Shown: positions 51,053 through 61,155, counted from the stretch's first letter. The stretch is DNA of 64,000 nt from Patescibacteria group bacterium (GCA_041661685.1 JBAZTY010000002.1:29126-93125); one strand, 5' to 3'. Notes: generated by a model not told the origin, from the letters alone. Made by a program: numbers and translations.

Positions 51053-52309
51053 ATGTCAAGAGTTATTACAGACAAGAAGCTCGTGAAAGAATTATTGACT
51101 AGAGGCGTAGAGAAGATCTACCCTAGCTATGAGATTTTGGAAAAGAAGCTGTTAAGCGGCGATAGAATCCGCCTTTATTGCGGTTATGATCCGACCGCCT
51201 CGTCTTTGCATGTCGGCAACGCTATCTCTATTAATAAATTGGGGCAATTTCAGGCTTTAGGGCATGAAGTGATCTTTTTAATCGGCGATTTCACCGGGAT
51301 TATCGGTGATCCGACTGATAAGAAGGCGGCCCGCAAGCAATTGACGCGTGAAGAAGTGCTTGTTAACGCTACTCATTATCAGGAACAGGCTTCGGCTTAC
51401 TTGAAATTCGATGGAGAAAATCCGGCGAAGATAATGTATAACAGCGAATGGAATGACAAGCTGGGTTTCCGCGATCTGATAGAATTAGCCTCTAATTTCA
51501 CTGTCCAGCAGATGATTCAACGCGATATGTTCCAAGAAAGATTAAAGGAAGAGAAGCCAATTTATCTTCACGAGTTCATGTATCCGTTGACTCAGGCTTA
51601 TGATAGCGTGGCTATGGATGTCGATCTGGAAATCGGCGGCAATGACCAGATGTTTAATATGATGTGCGGCCGCGATCTACTGCGAACGCTGAAGAATAAA
51701 GAGAAATCGGTCCTAACCATGAAGCTCTTGGCCGATGAAAGCGGCAAAAAAATGGGTAAGACCGAAGGCAATGTCGTCTTTTTGGATGAAGCGGCTAATG
51801 ATATATATGGCAAGGTCATGTCTTGGCCGGACGGAACTATCGTTTCTGCTTTTGAGCTATGCACTAATATACCCTGGGATGAGATTGGGAAAATTGATGC
51901 CGAGCTGAAAACTGGCAAAGCAAATCCGCGCGATTTTAAGATGCGGCTCGCTTTCGAGATTGCTAAGATTAATCGCGGCCAGGAAGCGGCCGAGAAAGCT
52001 CAGGATAATTTCGTGAATACTATCCAGAAGAAAGAGATACCGGTGGAAATCGCAGCCTATACGGCCGTTAAGAAGCAGAATGCTCTCGTCGATCTGCTGG
52101 TGGAGGCTAAGCTGGTTAAAAGCAAGACTGAAGCGCGACAGAAGATTGAAGAAGGGGCGATCAAGATTAAACCGGAAAAGACCGGCCGGAAGGATGCCGG
52201 CGAGATGATAGTTATAAAAGACGTCAAGTATGAAATAAACTTTAATGCCGATATAGATTCGGTCATAATTCAGAAGGGTAAGTTCACTTTTATACGAGTT
52301 AGCCTATAA
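51053..52309 (+). CDS. tyrS: Tyrosyl-tRNA synthetase
   Basis: 418 aa. YCGYDPTASSLHVGN (HIGH), KMGKT (KMSKS), C-terminal S4 domain. Confidence 0.9.
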   Translation: MSRVITDKKLVKELLTRGVEKIYPSYEILEKKLLSGDRIRLYCGYDPTASSLHVGNAISINKLGQFQALGHEVIFLIGDFTGIIGDPTDKKAARKQLTREEVLVNATHYQEQASAYLKFDGENPAKIMYNSEWNDKLGFRDLIELASNFTVQQMIQRDMFQERLKEEKPIYLHEFMYPLTQAYDSVAMDVDLEIGGNDQMFNMMCGRDLLRTLKNKEKSVLTMKLLADESGKKMGKTEGNVVFLDEAANDIYGKVMSWPDGTIVSAFELCTNIPWDEIGKIDAELKTGKANPRDFKMRLAFEIAKINRGQEAAEKAQDNFVNTIQKKEIPVEIAAYTAVKKQNALVDLLVEAKLVKSKTEARQKIEEGAIKIKPEKTGRKDAGEMIVIKDVKYEINFNADIDSVIIQKGKFTFIRVSL

Positions 52310-54037
52310 ATGCGCGTACGGATGCTTATGAATATATATATATTGGAAGAACTTAAAGAAACGATTGTTTCCGCCTTGAAATTAGAAAAGGCTAATTTTT
52401 CTTATCCGCCGAAACCAGAGTTGGGAGATTTGAGTCTGGCGTGTTTTGAGCCGGCGCAGAAGAGCCAGCAGAATCCAGCCGAATTCGCGGCTGATTTGGC
52501 GGCGACGCTGAAGGATAATCAGGAGCTCCAAAAATATTTTTCCGACATTAAAGCTGCCGGGCCCTATCTTAATTTTTTCATTTCTCCGGCATATTTAGCC
52601 GCTTCAGTCATCGAAACGGTCAAGAAAGCTAAAATCGCCTACGGATCTAATCGCACCGGAGCGGATAGGCAAGTGATGATCGAATATTCTAACGGCAATA
52701 CTCACAAGGAATATCATGTCGGCCATCTGCGCAATATTTCCTATGGCGACGCGATTAATCATCTATTGGACGCTAACGGCTATCGCTCTATCCCGGTTTC
52801 TTATATTAATGATTTCGGCATCCATATCGCCAAGACTATTTGGAATTGGCAGAAGAATCCAGAGTATCAGTCTAGCTCGGAAGCGAAGAAGGAGGATAAA
52901 GGCTATCTGTTAGGCAAATGCTATTCCGAAGCGAGCCGATTATTAGAAGACAATCCGGAGGGCAAGGCGGAAGTCGCTCAGATCATGAAAGAAATAGAAA
53001 GCCGCTCGGGAGCGAGTTATGAGTTATGGAAAAAGACGAGAGAGTGGAGTATCGAATATTTTTCTTCCATATATAAGGAGCTGGGAATAAGCTTCAGTGA
53101 GATATTTTATGAGAGCGAGGTTATAGATAGCGGCTTGAAATTAGTCGAAGAACTGAAGACGAAAGGGATTTTGCGTTTGAGCGAGGGTGCGCTGATTGCC
53201 GATCTAGAAAAATATGAACTTGGCGTCCTGCCGATTATCCGTTCTGACGGAACAGCGCTCTATCCGGTCGCTGACTTGAGCTTAGCTTCGGAAAAATTTA
53301 AGAAATATGATCTGTCCCGCTCTATCTATGTCGTCGACATTCGCCAGAGCCTATATTTCAAACAGCTGTTTAAGATCATTAGTCTCATGGGCTATGATCA
53401 ATCTCTGGTTCATCTGACTTATGATTTCGTGACGCTGCCGGAAGGCATGATGTCTTCGCGCACTGGCAATGTTATAACCTATAAGGAATTGCGCGATAAG
53501 CTTTTTGCCAGGCTGTCGGAAGAAACTAGCCTCCGTCATCAAGATTGGACGGCTAACCGGATAAAAGCAGTGGCTATGACTTTGACGGTGGCGACGATTA
53601 AGTTCGAGATGCTGAAAGTCAGCGCCGATAAGATAATCACTTTCAATATCGAAGAGGCGGCGCGCTTCGACGGCTATACGGCTTGTTATTTGCAATATGG
53701 TTATGCTAGATTGAAGAGTATCGTTCGTAAGGAAGGCTTCAGCTTTGGCGCTGCCGATCTAAATCAGCTGAAAGAGCCGAAAGAAAAAGAATTATTGATC
53801 AAGATGGCAAAATATCCGGAAGTAATCGCTCAAGCCGGTGCCAAGTATAACCCGAGCGAGGTCACCAAATACTTATTCGAACTAGTTCAGCTTTTCAGTG
53901 ATTACTATCATGAGATCAATATTTTGAAAGCGGAGTCGAAGATCAGGAAAGCTCGTTTGGCCCTGATTAAAGCTTTGGCGCAAATCTTGCATAACGGTTT
54001 TGATATCTTGGGGATCGAAGCGCTGGAAGAGATGTAA
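52310..54037 (+). CDS. argS: Arginyl-tRNA synthetase
   Basis: 575 aa. SNGNTHKEYHVGHLRN (HIGH-type), MSSRTG, C-terminal DALR anticodon-binding domain. The true start may be the ATG at 52328 (MNIYILEEL). Confidence 0.9.
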   Translation: MRVRMLMNIYILEELKETIVSALKLEKANFSYPPKPELGDLSLACFEPAQKSQQNPAEFAADLAATLKDNQELQKYFSDIKAAGPYLNFFISPAYLAASVIETVKKAKIAYGSNRTGADRQVMIEYSNGNTHKEYHVGHLRNISYGDAINHLLDANGYRSIPVSYINDFGIHIAKTIWNWQKNPEYQSSSEAKKEDKGYLLGKCYSEASRLLEDNPEGKAEVAQIMKEIESRSGASYELWKKTREWSIEYFSSIYKELGISFSEIFYESEVIDSGLKLVEELKTKGILRLSEGALIADLEKYELGVLPIIRSDGTALYPVADLSLASEKFKKYDLSRSIYVVDIRQSLYFKQLFKIISLMGYDQSLVHLTYDFVTLPEGMMSSRTGNVITYKELRDKLFARLSEETSLRHQDWTANRIKAVAMTLTVATIKFEMLKVSADKIITFNIEEAARFDGYTACYLQYGYARLKSIVRKEGFSFGAADLNQLKEPKEKELLIKMAKYPEVIAQAGAKYNPSEVTKYLFELVQLFSDYYHEINILKAESKIRKARLALIKALAQILHNGFDILGIEALEEM

Positions 54038-54077
54038 AGATAATGGATGGCCTATATAAAATAGCAGCATAAAATAT

Positions 54078-55466
54078 ATGAAGAAAAATGCGGCCGACAA
54101 TTCGATGGACAAAATAATTTCTCTCTGCAAGCGGCGTGGGTTCGTCTTTCCGTCTTCGGAGATTTATGACGGCTTTGCGGCGGTTTATGATTTTGGCCCC
54201 TACGGAGTGGAGTTGGCGAATAATATCAAGAAGGAATGGTGGAAGGCGATGACGCAGCTACGCGACGATATTGTCGGGCTGGATGCGGCGATTTTTATGA
54301 GCCCGAAGATCTGGGAGGCCTCCGGGCATGTCAAAGGCTTTTCCGATCCGCTGACCGAATGCCGTAAATGTCATGCGCGCCTGCGGCTCGACACTCTCCT
54401 GGAAGAAGCAGGCATATTTGCCGATGAAAAGATGACCGAAGAGGAAATCAATATAATCTTTGAGGCCAATCGGGATAAGATAAAATGTCCGAATTGCGGC
54501 GCTAATGATTTTACTCCCGGCCGCAAGTTCAACCTGCTGGTCCAATCCAATCTCGGAAATTTCACCAGCGACTGGACTAAGGAGCCGACCTATTTGCGCG
54601 GCGAGACCTGCCAGGGTATCTACGTTAATTATAAGAATGTTCTCGATTCGGCCCGGGTGAAGATGCCTTTCGGCATCGCCCAGATTGGTAAAGCTTTCCG
54701 CAATGAGATCACGGCGCGCCAGTTCATCTTCCGGACGCGCGAATTCGAACAGATGGAGATGCAGTATTTCGTTAAGCCCGGCGATGATATGAAATATTTC
54801 GAGGAATGGAAAGAGGCGCGCTGGCAATTCTATCTGGGCTTAGGAATAAATCCGGAGAATCTGAAATGGCATAAGCACGAGAATCTGGTCTTTTACGCGA
54901 AAGAAGCTTACGATATCGAATATAATTATCCGTTCGGCTTCAAGGAGTTAGAAGGCGTTCATGCTCGCGGCGATTATGATCTGACGCAGCATACGAAACA
55001 TTCCGGAGTAGACTTGAATTATCTGGATCCGGCGACGAACGAGAAATTCACGCCGCACGTCGTCGAGACTTCCGCTGGCGTCGGCCGTACTTTCCTAGCG
55101 GTCTTAGTTGAAGCTTATAAGGAAGAAGAATTAGCAGGCGAGACGAGGATAGTGCTCAAGCTTATTCCGAAACTCGCGCCGATAAAAATCGCTGTCTTTC
55201 CTCTTTTGAAGAATAAACCGGAATTAGTCGGTAAAGCGCGCGAGATCTTTGATCAGCTCAAGCTGAATTGGCGCTGCGAGTTTGATGATAATGGCAATAT
55301 CGGCAAGCGTTATCGCCGCCAAGATGAGATTGGTACCCCTTATTGCCTGACGGTCGATTTCGATACTCTGGAAAATTCGGAAGTGACGGTGCGCGATCGC
55401 GATACTATGCAACAAGAGAGAATCAAGATATCGGATTTGGAAAATTTTTTCCGCTCTCGGATATAA
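54078..55466 (+). CDS. glyQS: Glycyl-tRNA synthetase (alpha2 type)
   Basis: 462 aa. KRRGFVFPSSEIYDG, class II motifs (FRNEITARQFIFRTREFEQME; GVGRTF). A possible alternative start is 54105 (MDKIISL). Confidence 0.9.
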   Translation: MKKNAADNSMDKIISLCKRRGFVFPSSEIYDGFAAVYDFGPYGVELANNIKKEWWKAMTQLRDDIVGLDAAIFMSPKIWEASGHVKGFSDPLTECRKCHARLRLDTLLEEAGIFADEKMTEEEINIIFEANRDKIKCPNCGANDFTPGRKFNLLVQSNLGNFTSDWTKEPTYLRGETCQGIYVNYKNVLDSARVKMPFGIAQIGKAFRNEITARQFIFRTREFEQMEMQYFVKPGDDMKYFEEWKEARWQFYLGLGINPENLKWHKHENLVFYAKEAYDIEYNYPFGFKELEGVHARGDYDLTQHTKHSGVDLNYLDPATNEKFTPHVVETSAGVGRTFLAVLVEAYKEEELAGETRIVLKLIPKLAPIKIAVFPLLKNKPELVGKAREIFDQLKLNWRCEFDDNGNIGKRYRRQDEIGTPYCLTVDFDTLENSEVTVRDRDTMQQERIKISDLENFFRSRI

Positions 55467-55504
55467 AACGCTAGCGGAGAAGCTCTTGTGAAGAGAAAAA
55501 AATA

Positions 55505-55544
55505 AAAAATCCGTCGCTCTCGGAATCGAGCGGCGGATTTTTTT
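55505..55544 (+). terminator. Intrinsic terminator after glyQS
   Basis: 11-bp stem ATCCGTCGCTC / GAGCGGCGGAT (one G.T pair), then T7. Confidence 0.75.
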
Positions 55545-55564
55545 GTCAGAAAGCGGAAAAACTA

Positions 55565-55593
55565 TTGCTACTTGTTCTAATAAGTTATATAAT
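55565..55593 (+). promoter_or_regulatory. Promoter of the small Lys-rich protein gene
   Basis: TTGCTA (55565-55570), 17 nt, TATAAT (55588-55593). Confidence 0.55.
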
Positions 55594-55663
55594 TAAGATA
55601 AGAAGAAGATTTTAAAAAATTAAAATAAATAAATCCAATTTATTTAAGAGAGGGGGTGATATT

Positions 55664-55801
55664 ATGAAAAAGAAAGCTGCTAAAAAAGCTGTAAAGAAAG
55701 TCGTCAAGAAGGCTAAGAAGGCGGTCAAGAAGACTGTCAAAAAAGTCGTCAAGAAGGCTGCTAAGAAAGCTGTCAAAAAGACTGCTAAAAAGAAAAGATA
55801 A
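55664..55801 (+). CDS. 45-aa lysine/alanine/valine-rich basic protein (histone-H1-tail-like)
   Basis: Below the ORF-track size cutoff. A strong SD, AGAGGGGGTGAT, ends 5 nt before the ATG. Translation is MKKKAAKKAVKKVVKKAKKAVKKTVKKVVKKAAKKAVKKTAKKKR. Has its own promoter and terminator. Confidence 0.6.
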   Translation: MKKKAAKKAVKKVVKKAKKAVKKTVKKVVKKAAKKAVKKTAKKKR

Positions 55802-55855
55802 TTTCTAAAGTTTATTTTAATCGATAAATTTTATTGATTTGAAAATTATACAGAG

Positions 55856-55883
55856 ACCGGCCTGCGGAATCAGGGCGGTTTTT
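55856..55883 (+). terminator. Intrinsic terminator after the small Lys-rich gene
   Basis: Stem ACCGGCCTG / CAGGGCGGT (one mismatch), then TTTTT. Confidence 0.6.
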
Positions 55884-55891
55884 GTATAAAG

Positions 55892-55922
55892 AAAAAGCCA
55901 TCTGGTTTTTTAGATGGCTTTT
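55892..55922 (-). terminator. Intrinsic terminator downstream of the 55942 gene
   Basis: 11-bp stem AAAAGCCATCT / AGATGGCTTTT. Confidence 0.7.
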
Positions 55923-55941
55923 AGTTTTCTCAAGGATTGTC

Positions 55942-56511
55942 TTAGATGGTTCTCGTTATTTTTTCGGCCTTGATAAATTTATCGGTGCCGAAGATCTGCA
56001 ATTGACCTTCGTTAGTGCCGATAGTAATCTCGTATTCAGGCTTAGCTCCGGGATCGGCGGGATAATAATCAAGCACGAAGCTCTCTTCGTTGCGGCTATA
56101 ATCTTTCTTTATCCGGATGCAGACGTCAGCCAAGACTTTCTGGCCGAGGCTGTCTGCGCCCATATAGAAATTCCTGAAAACTTTCTTGCCGCCAGGGAAA
56201 GGCAGGCTGCGATGATAGTGATTATCAACTTTGATAATCTTTATTTCTGTGCAGTTCGAGTTGCTGGGAACTACGCATTGATGTTCTGGGCAGAATTTCA
56301 AGCACTTATCATCTGCGGGCGGAAGCTTGACCAAGACATTCCTCAATAGCCCGGCCGTTTCTAATATCGGCTGGTTAGTGAATATGGCGTCGCAGAAAAC
56401 AAGTCCTAATTCAGCTGCCTTAGCTTTAGCGAGCGTGACAAATTTTTCGCGTTCACTGACAACCGGAGAAAGGTTTATTTCTTTTCCGTTCCTTTTATTG
56501 ATGACTACCAT
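55942..56511 (-). CDS. Hypothetical Cys-containing protein
   Basis: 189 aa. CLKFCPEHQC cluster. No family recognised. The antisense ORF 55882..56349 is judged spurious. Confidence 0.55.
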   Translation of the reverse strand: MVVINKRNGKEINLSPVVSEREKFVTLAKAKAAELGLVFCDAIFTNQPILETAGLLRNVLVKLPPADDKCLKFCPEHQCVVPSNSNCTEIKIIKVDNHYHRSLPFPGGKKVFRNFYMGADSLGQKVLADVCIRIKKDYSRNEESFVLDYYPADPGAKPEYEITIGTNEGQLQIFGTDKFIKAEKITRTI

Positions 56512-56667
56512 TGTTTTGGCCCTCCTACGGCCGTTTTGTTTTTATTTTTGGTTTAATATTCTATTTTTAATGAATATATCATTATATAACATTTATTGAT
56601 TTTTGTCAAATAACTTTAACTTTTCTTCAGGTCGCCTCTTATATAATAGAAGGGAGATACTTGAGAT

Positions 56668-57510
56668 ATGAAGAATAAAAATAAAAAATTGTTTAATATT
56701 GGCAAGAAAGTATTATTAGTTCTCCTTTCTATTTCCGGGGCCATCTTAATGGTTTTTTTAATTTTTTCCGATAAATTAGCCAATCCTCAGGTTGTTTTTC
56801 TTGATGTCGGTCAGGGCGATTCCGCTCTTATTCAAGCTCCTGATGGTAAGACTGTCCTGATTGACGGCGGTCCGGATAATAAAGTTTTGCGAGGATTAGG
56901 TAAGAATATGCCATTTTATCGTCGACGGATAGATTTCCTGATTATCAGTCATTACCACGATGATCATATCGCCGGTCTAATAGAGGTAGTCAAGCGTTAT
57001 CAGGTCGGCGCCCTGATCTATTCCGGGAAAGAGCCCGATACCCCTTTGATGTCTGAGCTTTTGAAGGTTGCTTCTCAACATAAGGTAGCTTTAAGGCCTT
57101 TGGATAATCAGATAAACCTGTCATTCGGTTTGGATTGCCGTTTAGATTTATTGGATCCTGATATCCTCAATATAAAGGAAGACCCGAATAATTCTTTAGT
57201 GTCCCGGCTAGAATGCGGCGGCCGGAGCTTCTTGTTCGGCGGCGATAACGGCTCGGCCGTGGAAAAAATCCTTTTAGCTTCTGGCTGGCTATTGAAAGCG
57301 GATATCTTCAAAGCTTCGCATCACGGTTCAAATACTTCAAATAGCGAGGCTTTCTTAGAAGAAATATCACCGCGGCTGATAATCGTTTCGGTCGGAAAGG
57401 ACAATCGCTTTGGCCATCCCGGGCCCCTCTTTTTGGAGAGAGCGGCGACTTTAGGTATTCCGGTTAAAAGAACGGATAACAACGGTGATGTCAAGATTTT
57501 TGCTAAATAG
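56668..57510 (+). CDS. Membrane-anchored ComEC/Rec2-type metallo-beta-lactamase domain protein (no channel domain)
   Basis: 280 aa. One N-terminal TM. VVFLDVGQGDSALIQAPDGKTVLIDGG, SHYHDDH, ASHHGS. Good SD (AAGGGAGA). Confidence 0.75.
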   Translation: MKNKNKKLFNIGKKVLLVLLSISGAILMVFLIFSDKLANPQVVFLDVGQGDSALIQAPDGKTVLIDGGPDNKVLRGLGKNMPFYRRRIDFLIISHYHDDHIAGLIEVVKRYQVGALIYSGKEPDTPLMSELLKVASQHKVALRPLDNQINLSFGLDCRLDLLDPDILNIKEDPNNSLVSRLECGGRSFLFGGDNGSAVEKILLASGWLLKADIFKASHHGSNTSNSEAFLEEISPRLIIVSVGKDNRFGHPGPLFLERAATLGIPVKRTDNNGDVKIFAK

Positions 57511-57555
57511 AGCTAACCGAGATAATCGTTATAATTTATAATAATGGTTGAATTA

Positions 57556-57584
57556 TTGTCGTAATTATGGTATCTTTTTATAAG
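57556..57584 (+). promoter_or_regulatory. Candidate promoter of the 1146-aa gene
   Basis: TTGTCG (57556-57561), 17 nt, TATAAG (57579-57584). Confidence 0.4.
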
Positions 57585-57637
57585 AATTGGCCGTCTGGCC
57601 AGACTAAGATAAATGAGAAAAACTTAACTATAAGTAT

Positions 57638-60600
57638 ATGCGAAAGAACGAACGTCTTGTCGTCCAAGAAGATGCCGCTAGTAAAATAAGTGGTCAAGCC
57701 ATGAAGAAGTGGGGCGAGGATATCTCCGCGGCTAAGAGTCCAGATGAAAAAAAGAAGCTGCGAGTTGCTTTTAAAGAAGCGTTCGGAGTTAATTTCAGCC
57801 AGAGATTGGCGGAGGAAATTTTTGCGAAGGAAAATGAACCGAAAAAAGAGAAGATAGAAGTTGCGCAGCCAGAAGAGAAAGACAAGAAGAAAGCCGCTTT
57901 TAAAGCAGTATTACAAGCCGAGGCGGAGGATGCGAAGCTCTTAGCGGAAGTTAGAGATAACTTAAGCCCGATTGTCGAAGAGACTAAAGTCGAAGAGCCT
58001 CAAATTAAGAATACGCCCGCCGCAGAAGTTAAGCCGGAGGCGTCGAAAGATATAGTTCTAGAAAAATTTAAGGATTTTAATATAACCGAAGAAGAAATTA
58101 AGACCGTTCCCGGTTTTTCCGAATTGACTCAAGCGCAGCAAGCCCTGGTTTATGACGGCTTGAAGCAAATGTCTCTAGTCGAAGTTAAGAGTCGCGCGCA
58201 AGAAGATTTTAAAGAGAGCATGAAAGAAAAAGGTTTTTTCGGACGGATATTTAAAGGCTTAACCAAGAAATATAATATTGCCCAGGAAGAGAAGAAAGAA
58301 GCCGCCTATGTGAAACGGGGCGGCCTAGCCCTTCATCAGAGCAACCTGGAAGAATTGACTGGCATGATTTCAGCGCTGAAGATTGACGCGACGATAGAGA
58401 ATGGCCAAGTCAAAGTAAATTATCTAAAGACTAAAGAAGCTTTAAGCGCAGAGCAGAACGAGACCTTAAAAGAATTTAATGATGTTGCCGATAGATTCAG
58501 CAAGCTGCCGCAAGAATGGTCTCTTAAGACCGCTAGCCAGAAAGAGCGGGGAGAATATCAATACTTGTCGGCGCTATATGAGGCGCATAAGGCTGACGCT
58601 CTTGAAGTTTTGAAGGTCGGAGGTTCGGATAAGAGCGCGCTTTTGGAAATGCATAAGACTGATTATCAGATCAAGATGATGCAGTTCTTGGCGGCCCATC
58701 CGGAGATCGACAAGGAGTTCTCTAAGATTGAGCATCAATCAGCCCTGAAAAAGATGATTAGTGGCGAAGCGGCCGCGCGCGGATCTTATATGGCCGGCGG
58801 TTTTGCGGTCCGGCATACATTAGTCGGACTGATCGGTCTCGGCGGCTTGCCAGTTGCCGCCGCTAGTTTTGTCGCTGCCCCGTTAGCGGCGGCGGGGATC
58901 GGCGCTTGGCGCGGACGTGATCGAGCGAAAACTAGCCTGGTAGAGAAGGACATAGCGGGTCGTAAGACTAATGAGCCTGTTAAGATCACTAACGTAGGAA
59001 GAATCAGAAAAGAGATTGTTAATTCTTTGAAAGATTTGGTGCCGGCAGAATATGCGTTGAATCCGCAAGATTGGTATCAGGCGGCTGCCTCCGAAGAAGA
59101 AAAAAAGCGTTATGATAAATTACAGAGAGAATATCAGATAGTCATGAACGTCTATGAGGACCAGGTCGCGAAAGAAAGCGATAAGACGGAGAAACATTTT
59201 TATAAGGCTGATGATCTGACTGAAAAGTTACAATCACTAATAACGAAAGCGAAGACGCTTGAGGGCAATGAATTCCGTTCAGCTCTCCTTTCCCTTAAAG
59301 TCAGAGCGCAATTTTCCGAGGATAAATTGGCCGCCGGTCTGGTTAATTTCGGCGCCGGCGGAGCTTTGTCGGAAAAATTAGATTTAGTTCAGGCTTTGAG
59401 TGAAGCCAGATCGCTCGTGACTCTCAATAGCGCTGCTTTAGAGAAGAAGAAAGAGGATCAGGAAGCTTTGGGTGATCCGCAAAAAGATTTAGAAAAGAGA
59501 TTTGCCAGTTTATTTAATTCAAAATATTTCGAGTTCGATAAGAATTTAGATGAAGCGCGTAAGAAATATATCAAGAAAGAGATGATTAAGGGAGCGGGTA
59601 TTGGCGCGACCTTCGCCATCGGCGGCGCCTTGCTCCGTGATTTAGCCGGAGAATTAGGAATTATGGAGACTCATCCAGGCGCAGTCAAGCTTAATACTGA
59701 AAATCCGGAGAATGTCGCGAATACTGTCAAGCCGATTCATTTTGTGACCGAAGAGCAGCCGGATACCTTAGCCAGCAGAGCGCAGGATAGCCTAGGCAGT
59801 GCTCATAATAATTTAGCCGCGATTCAGAAAGCAGTTGAGGACGAGATTAATAGCCAGCAGACATTCTCTAATGTAATCTCTAATGAAGGCTTGGGCGGAC
59901 AATCAGATTCTGTCTGGCACTCGACTAAAGAAATATTCATGGATAATGCCGAAAAGCTAGGCTATCAGGGCGATATTCATGATTCCGGAGCATTAAGCAA
60001 ATGGGCGGAGATACAAACTAACGGCGCAATTCATAATAGCGGCGAGATAACCGATAAGGTTTTTGAAGGGAATGTCGTTTCCTTAGAGAAAGATGAAGCG
60101 GGAAATTTTTTCGTTAAGGTAGAGGCTGGAGAAGGAGGAGAGCCAGGCGTATTGGGACAGATGAAAGCTGAGGAGATTAAGGAGCCGGTCCTTGAAAAAG
60201 AAGCTATTCCCCAAAAGATATCGATGAGGCCGTCGGCAGAGATAAAGTTATCTCTTAATGCTGAGAAAATCATGGCTACAGGTGATAGCTCGCATGTCAA
60301 TCTCGGCTCCGAAAATATTGCTGATACGGCGCACTTAAGCTCCTCTGATATTGAAACTGCGCAGGCTTCTGGCGATGATTTAGTTTCCAGCGTCGACGCG
60401 ACCTCTACTAACACGGTTGCCTCTAATAATCTAGCCGATGCGAATATTGCGAGCCATACGTCTACTCAAGTCGGCGGCGGCGAGAATGTTATTAGCCATG
60501 GCGGAACGCCAGAGGTTATCAGCAATGAGTCGCATACCCCGCTGTCAATATTTGAAGCCATAGATACCCCTGAGGCCGATACTTCTTCTACTCTTGATAC

Positions 60601-61078
60601 GGTCATGAAGTTTGACAAGATTGAGGCCATCGATAAGGTCTTATTGGAATTTGCGAAAGAGAAAGGAGCTTCTTCCAGTATGACGGTGAAAGAATTATTA
60701 GATACTTATCCTGGCATTACCGCCTATATGGACGAGAACGCTGGAGATAGCATTTATGCGCATCTCTATGATCTGCGCCATGCCGCTTCCGGAGAACAGA
60801 GCAAGATGTTAGTAGAAGATTTGCAGGCAAATCTAAAGGATGAGTTTGGTAAAAGTGAAAATTATCAAAAACAATTTGATTTATTAGTTAAACATAATGT
60901 TTTTCAGATAGGTGAAAGCTTGAACGGGGAGCCTACTTTTGCGTTTAAGTTTGGCGCGGCTGAAAAATCATTTGAATTTTCTGCCGAGGGCTTTAAAAAT
61001 TTAAAGAATTTTCTTGCCGAATCTGTGATTGGCTATGTTGTCAAAGATGAGTCAGGATTGTTTATACCGAACCAGTAA
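57638..61078 (+). CDS. Giant (1146 aa) charged protein with two internal hydrophobic segments, unknown function
   Basis: Glu/Lys-rich helical N-terminal third. Gly/Ala-rich hydrophobic stretches near aa 385-425 and 655-675. Acidic Ser/Thr-rich C-terminal third. No catalytic motif recognised. Confidence 0.75.
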   Translation: MRKNERLVVQEDAASKISGQAMKKWGEDISAAKSPDEKKKLRVAFKEAFGVNFSQRLAEEIFAKENEPKKEKIEVAQPEEKDKKKAAFKAVLQAEAEDAKLLAEVRDNLSPIVEETKVEEPQIKNTPAAEVKPEASKDIVLEKFKDFNITEEEIKTVPGFSELTQAQQALVYDGLKQMSLVEVKSRAQEDFKESMKEKGFFGRIFKGLTKKYNIAQEEKKEAAYVKRGGLALHQSNLEELTGMISALKIDATIENGQVKVNYLKTKEALSAEQNETLKEFNDVADRFSKLPQEWSLKTASQKERGEYQYLSALYEAHKADALEVLKVGGSDKSALLEMHKTDYQIKMMQFLAAHPEIDKEFSKIEHQSALKKMISGEAAARGSYMAGGFAVRHTLVGLIGLGGLPVAAASFVAAPLAAAGIGAWRGRDRAKTSLVEKDIAGRKTNEPVKITNVGRIRKEIVNSLKDLVPAEYALNPQDWYQAAASEEEKKRYDKLQREYQIVMNVYEDQVAKESDKTEKHFYKADDLTEKLQSLITKAKTLEGNEFRSALLSLKVRAQFSEDKLAAGLVNFGAGGALSEKLDLVQALSEARSLVTLNSAALEKKKEDQEALGDPQKDLEKRFASLFNSKYFEFDKNLDEARKKYIKKEMIKGAGIGATFAIGGALLRDLAGELGIMETHPGAVKLNTENPENVANTVKPIHFVTEEQPDTLASRAQDSLGSAHNNLAAIQKAVEDEINSQQTFSNVISNEGLGGQSDSVWHSTKEIFMDNAEKLGYQGDIHDSGALSKWAEIQTNGAIHNSGEITDKVFEGNVVSLEKDEAGNFFVKVEAGEGGEPGVLGQMKAEEIKEPVLEKEAIPQKISMRPSAEIKLSLNAEKIMATGDSSHVNLGSENIADTAHLSSSDIETAQASGDDLVSSVDATSTNTVASNNLADANIASHTSTQVGGGENVISHGGTPEVISNESHTPLSIFEAIDTPEADTSSTLDTVMKFDKIEAIDKVLLEFAKEKGASSSMTVKELLDTYPGITAYMDENAGDSIYAHLYDLRHAASGEQSKMLVEDLQANLKDEFGKSENYQKQFDLLVKHNVFQIGESLNGEPTFAFKFGAAEKSFEFSAEGFKNLKNFLAESVIGYVVKDESGLFIPNQ

Positions 61079-61155
61079 TAAAATAAGAATATTTTATTTA
61101 ATAAAAAATAGGCTAATTTTGGCCTATTTTTTAATATTTTGAAATTCATTGCTGG

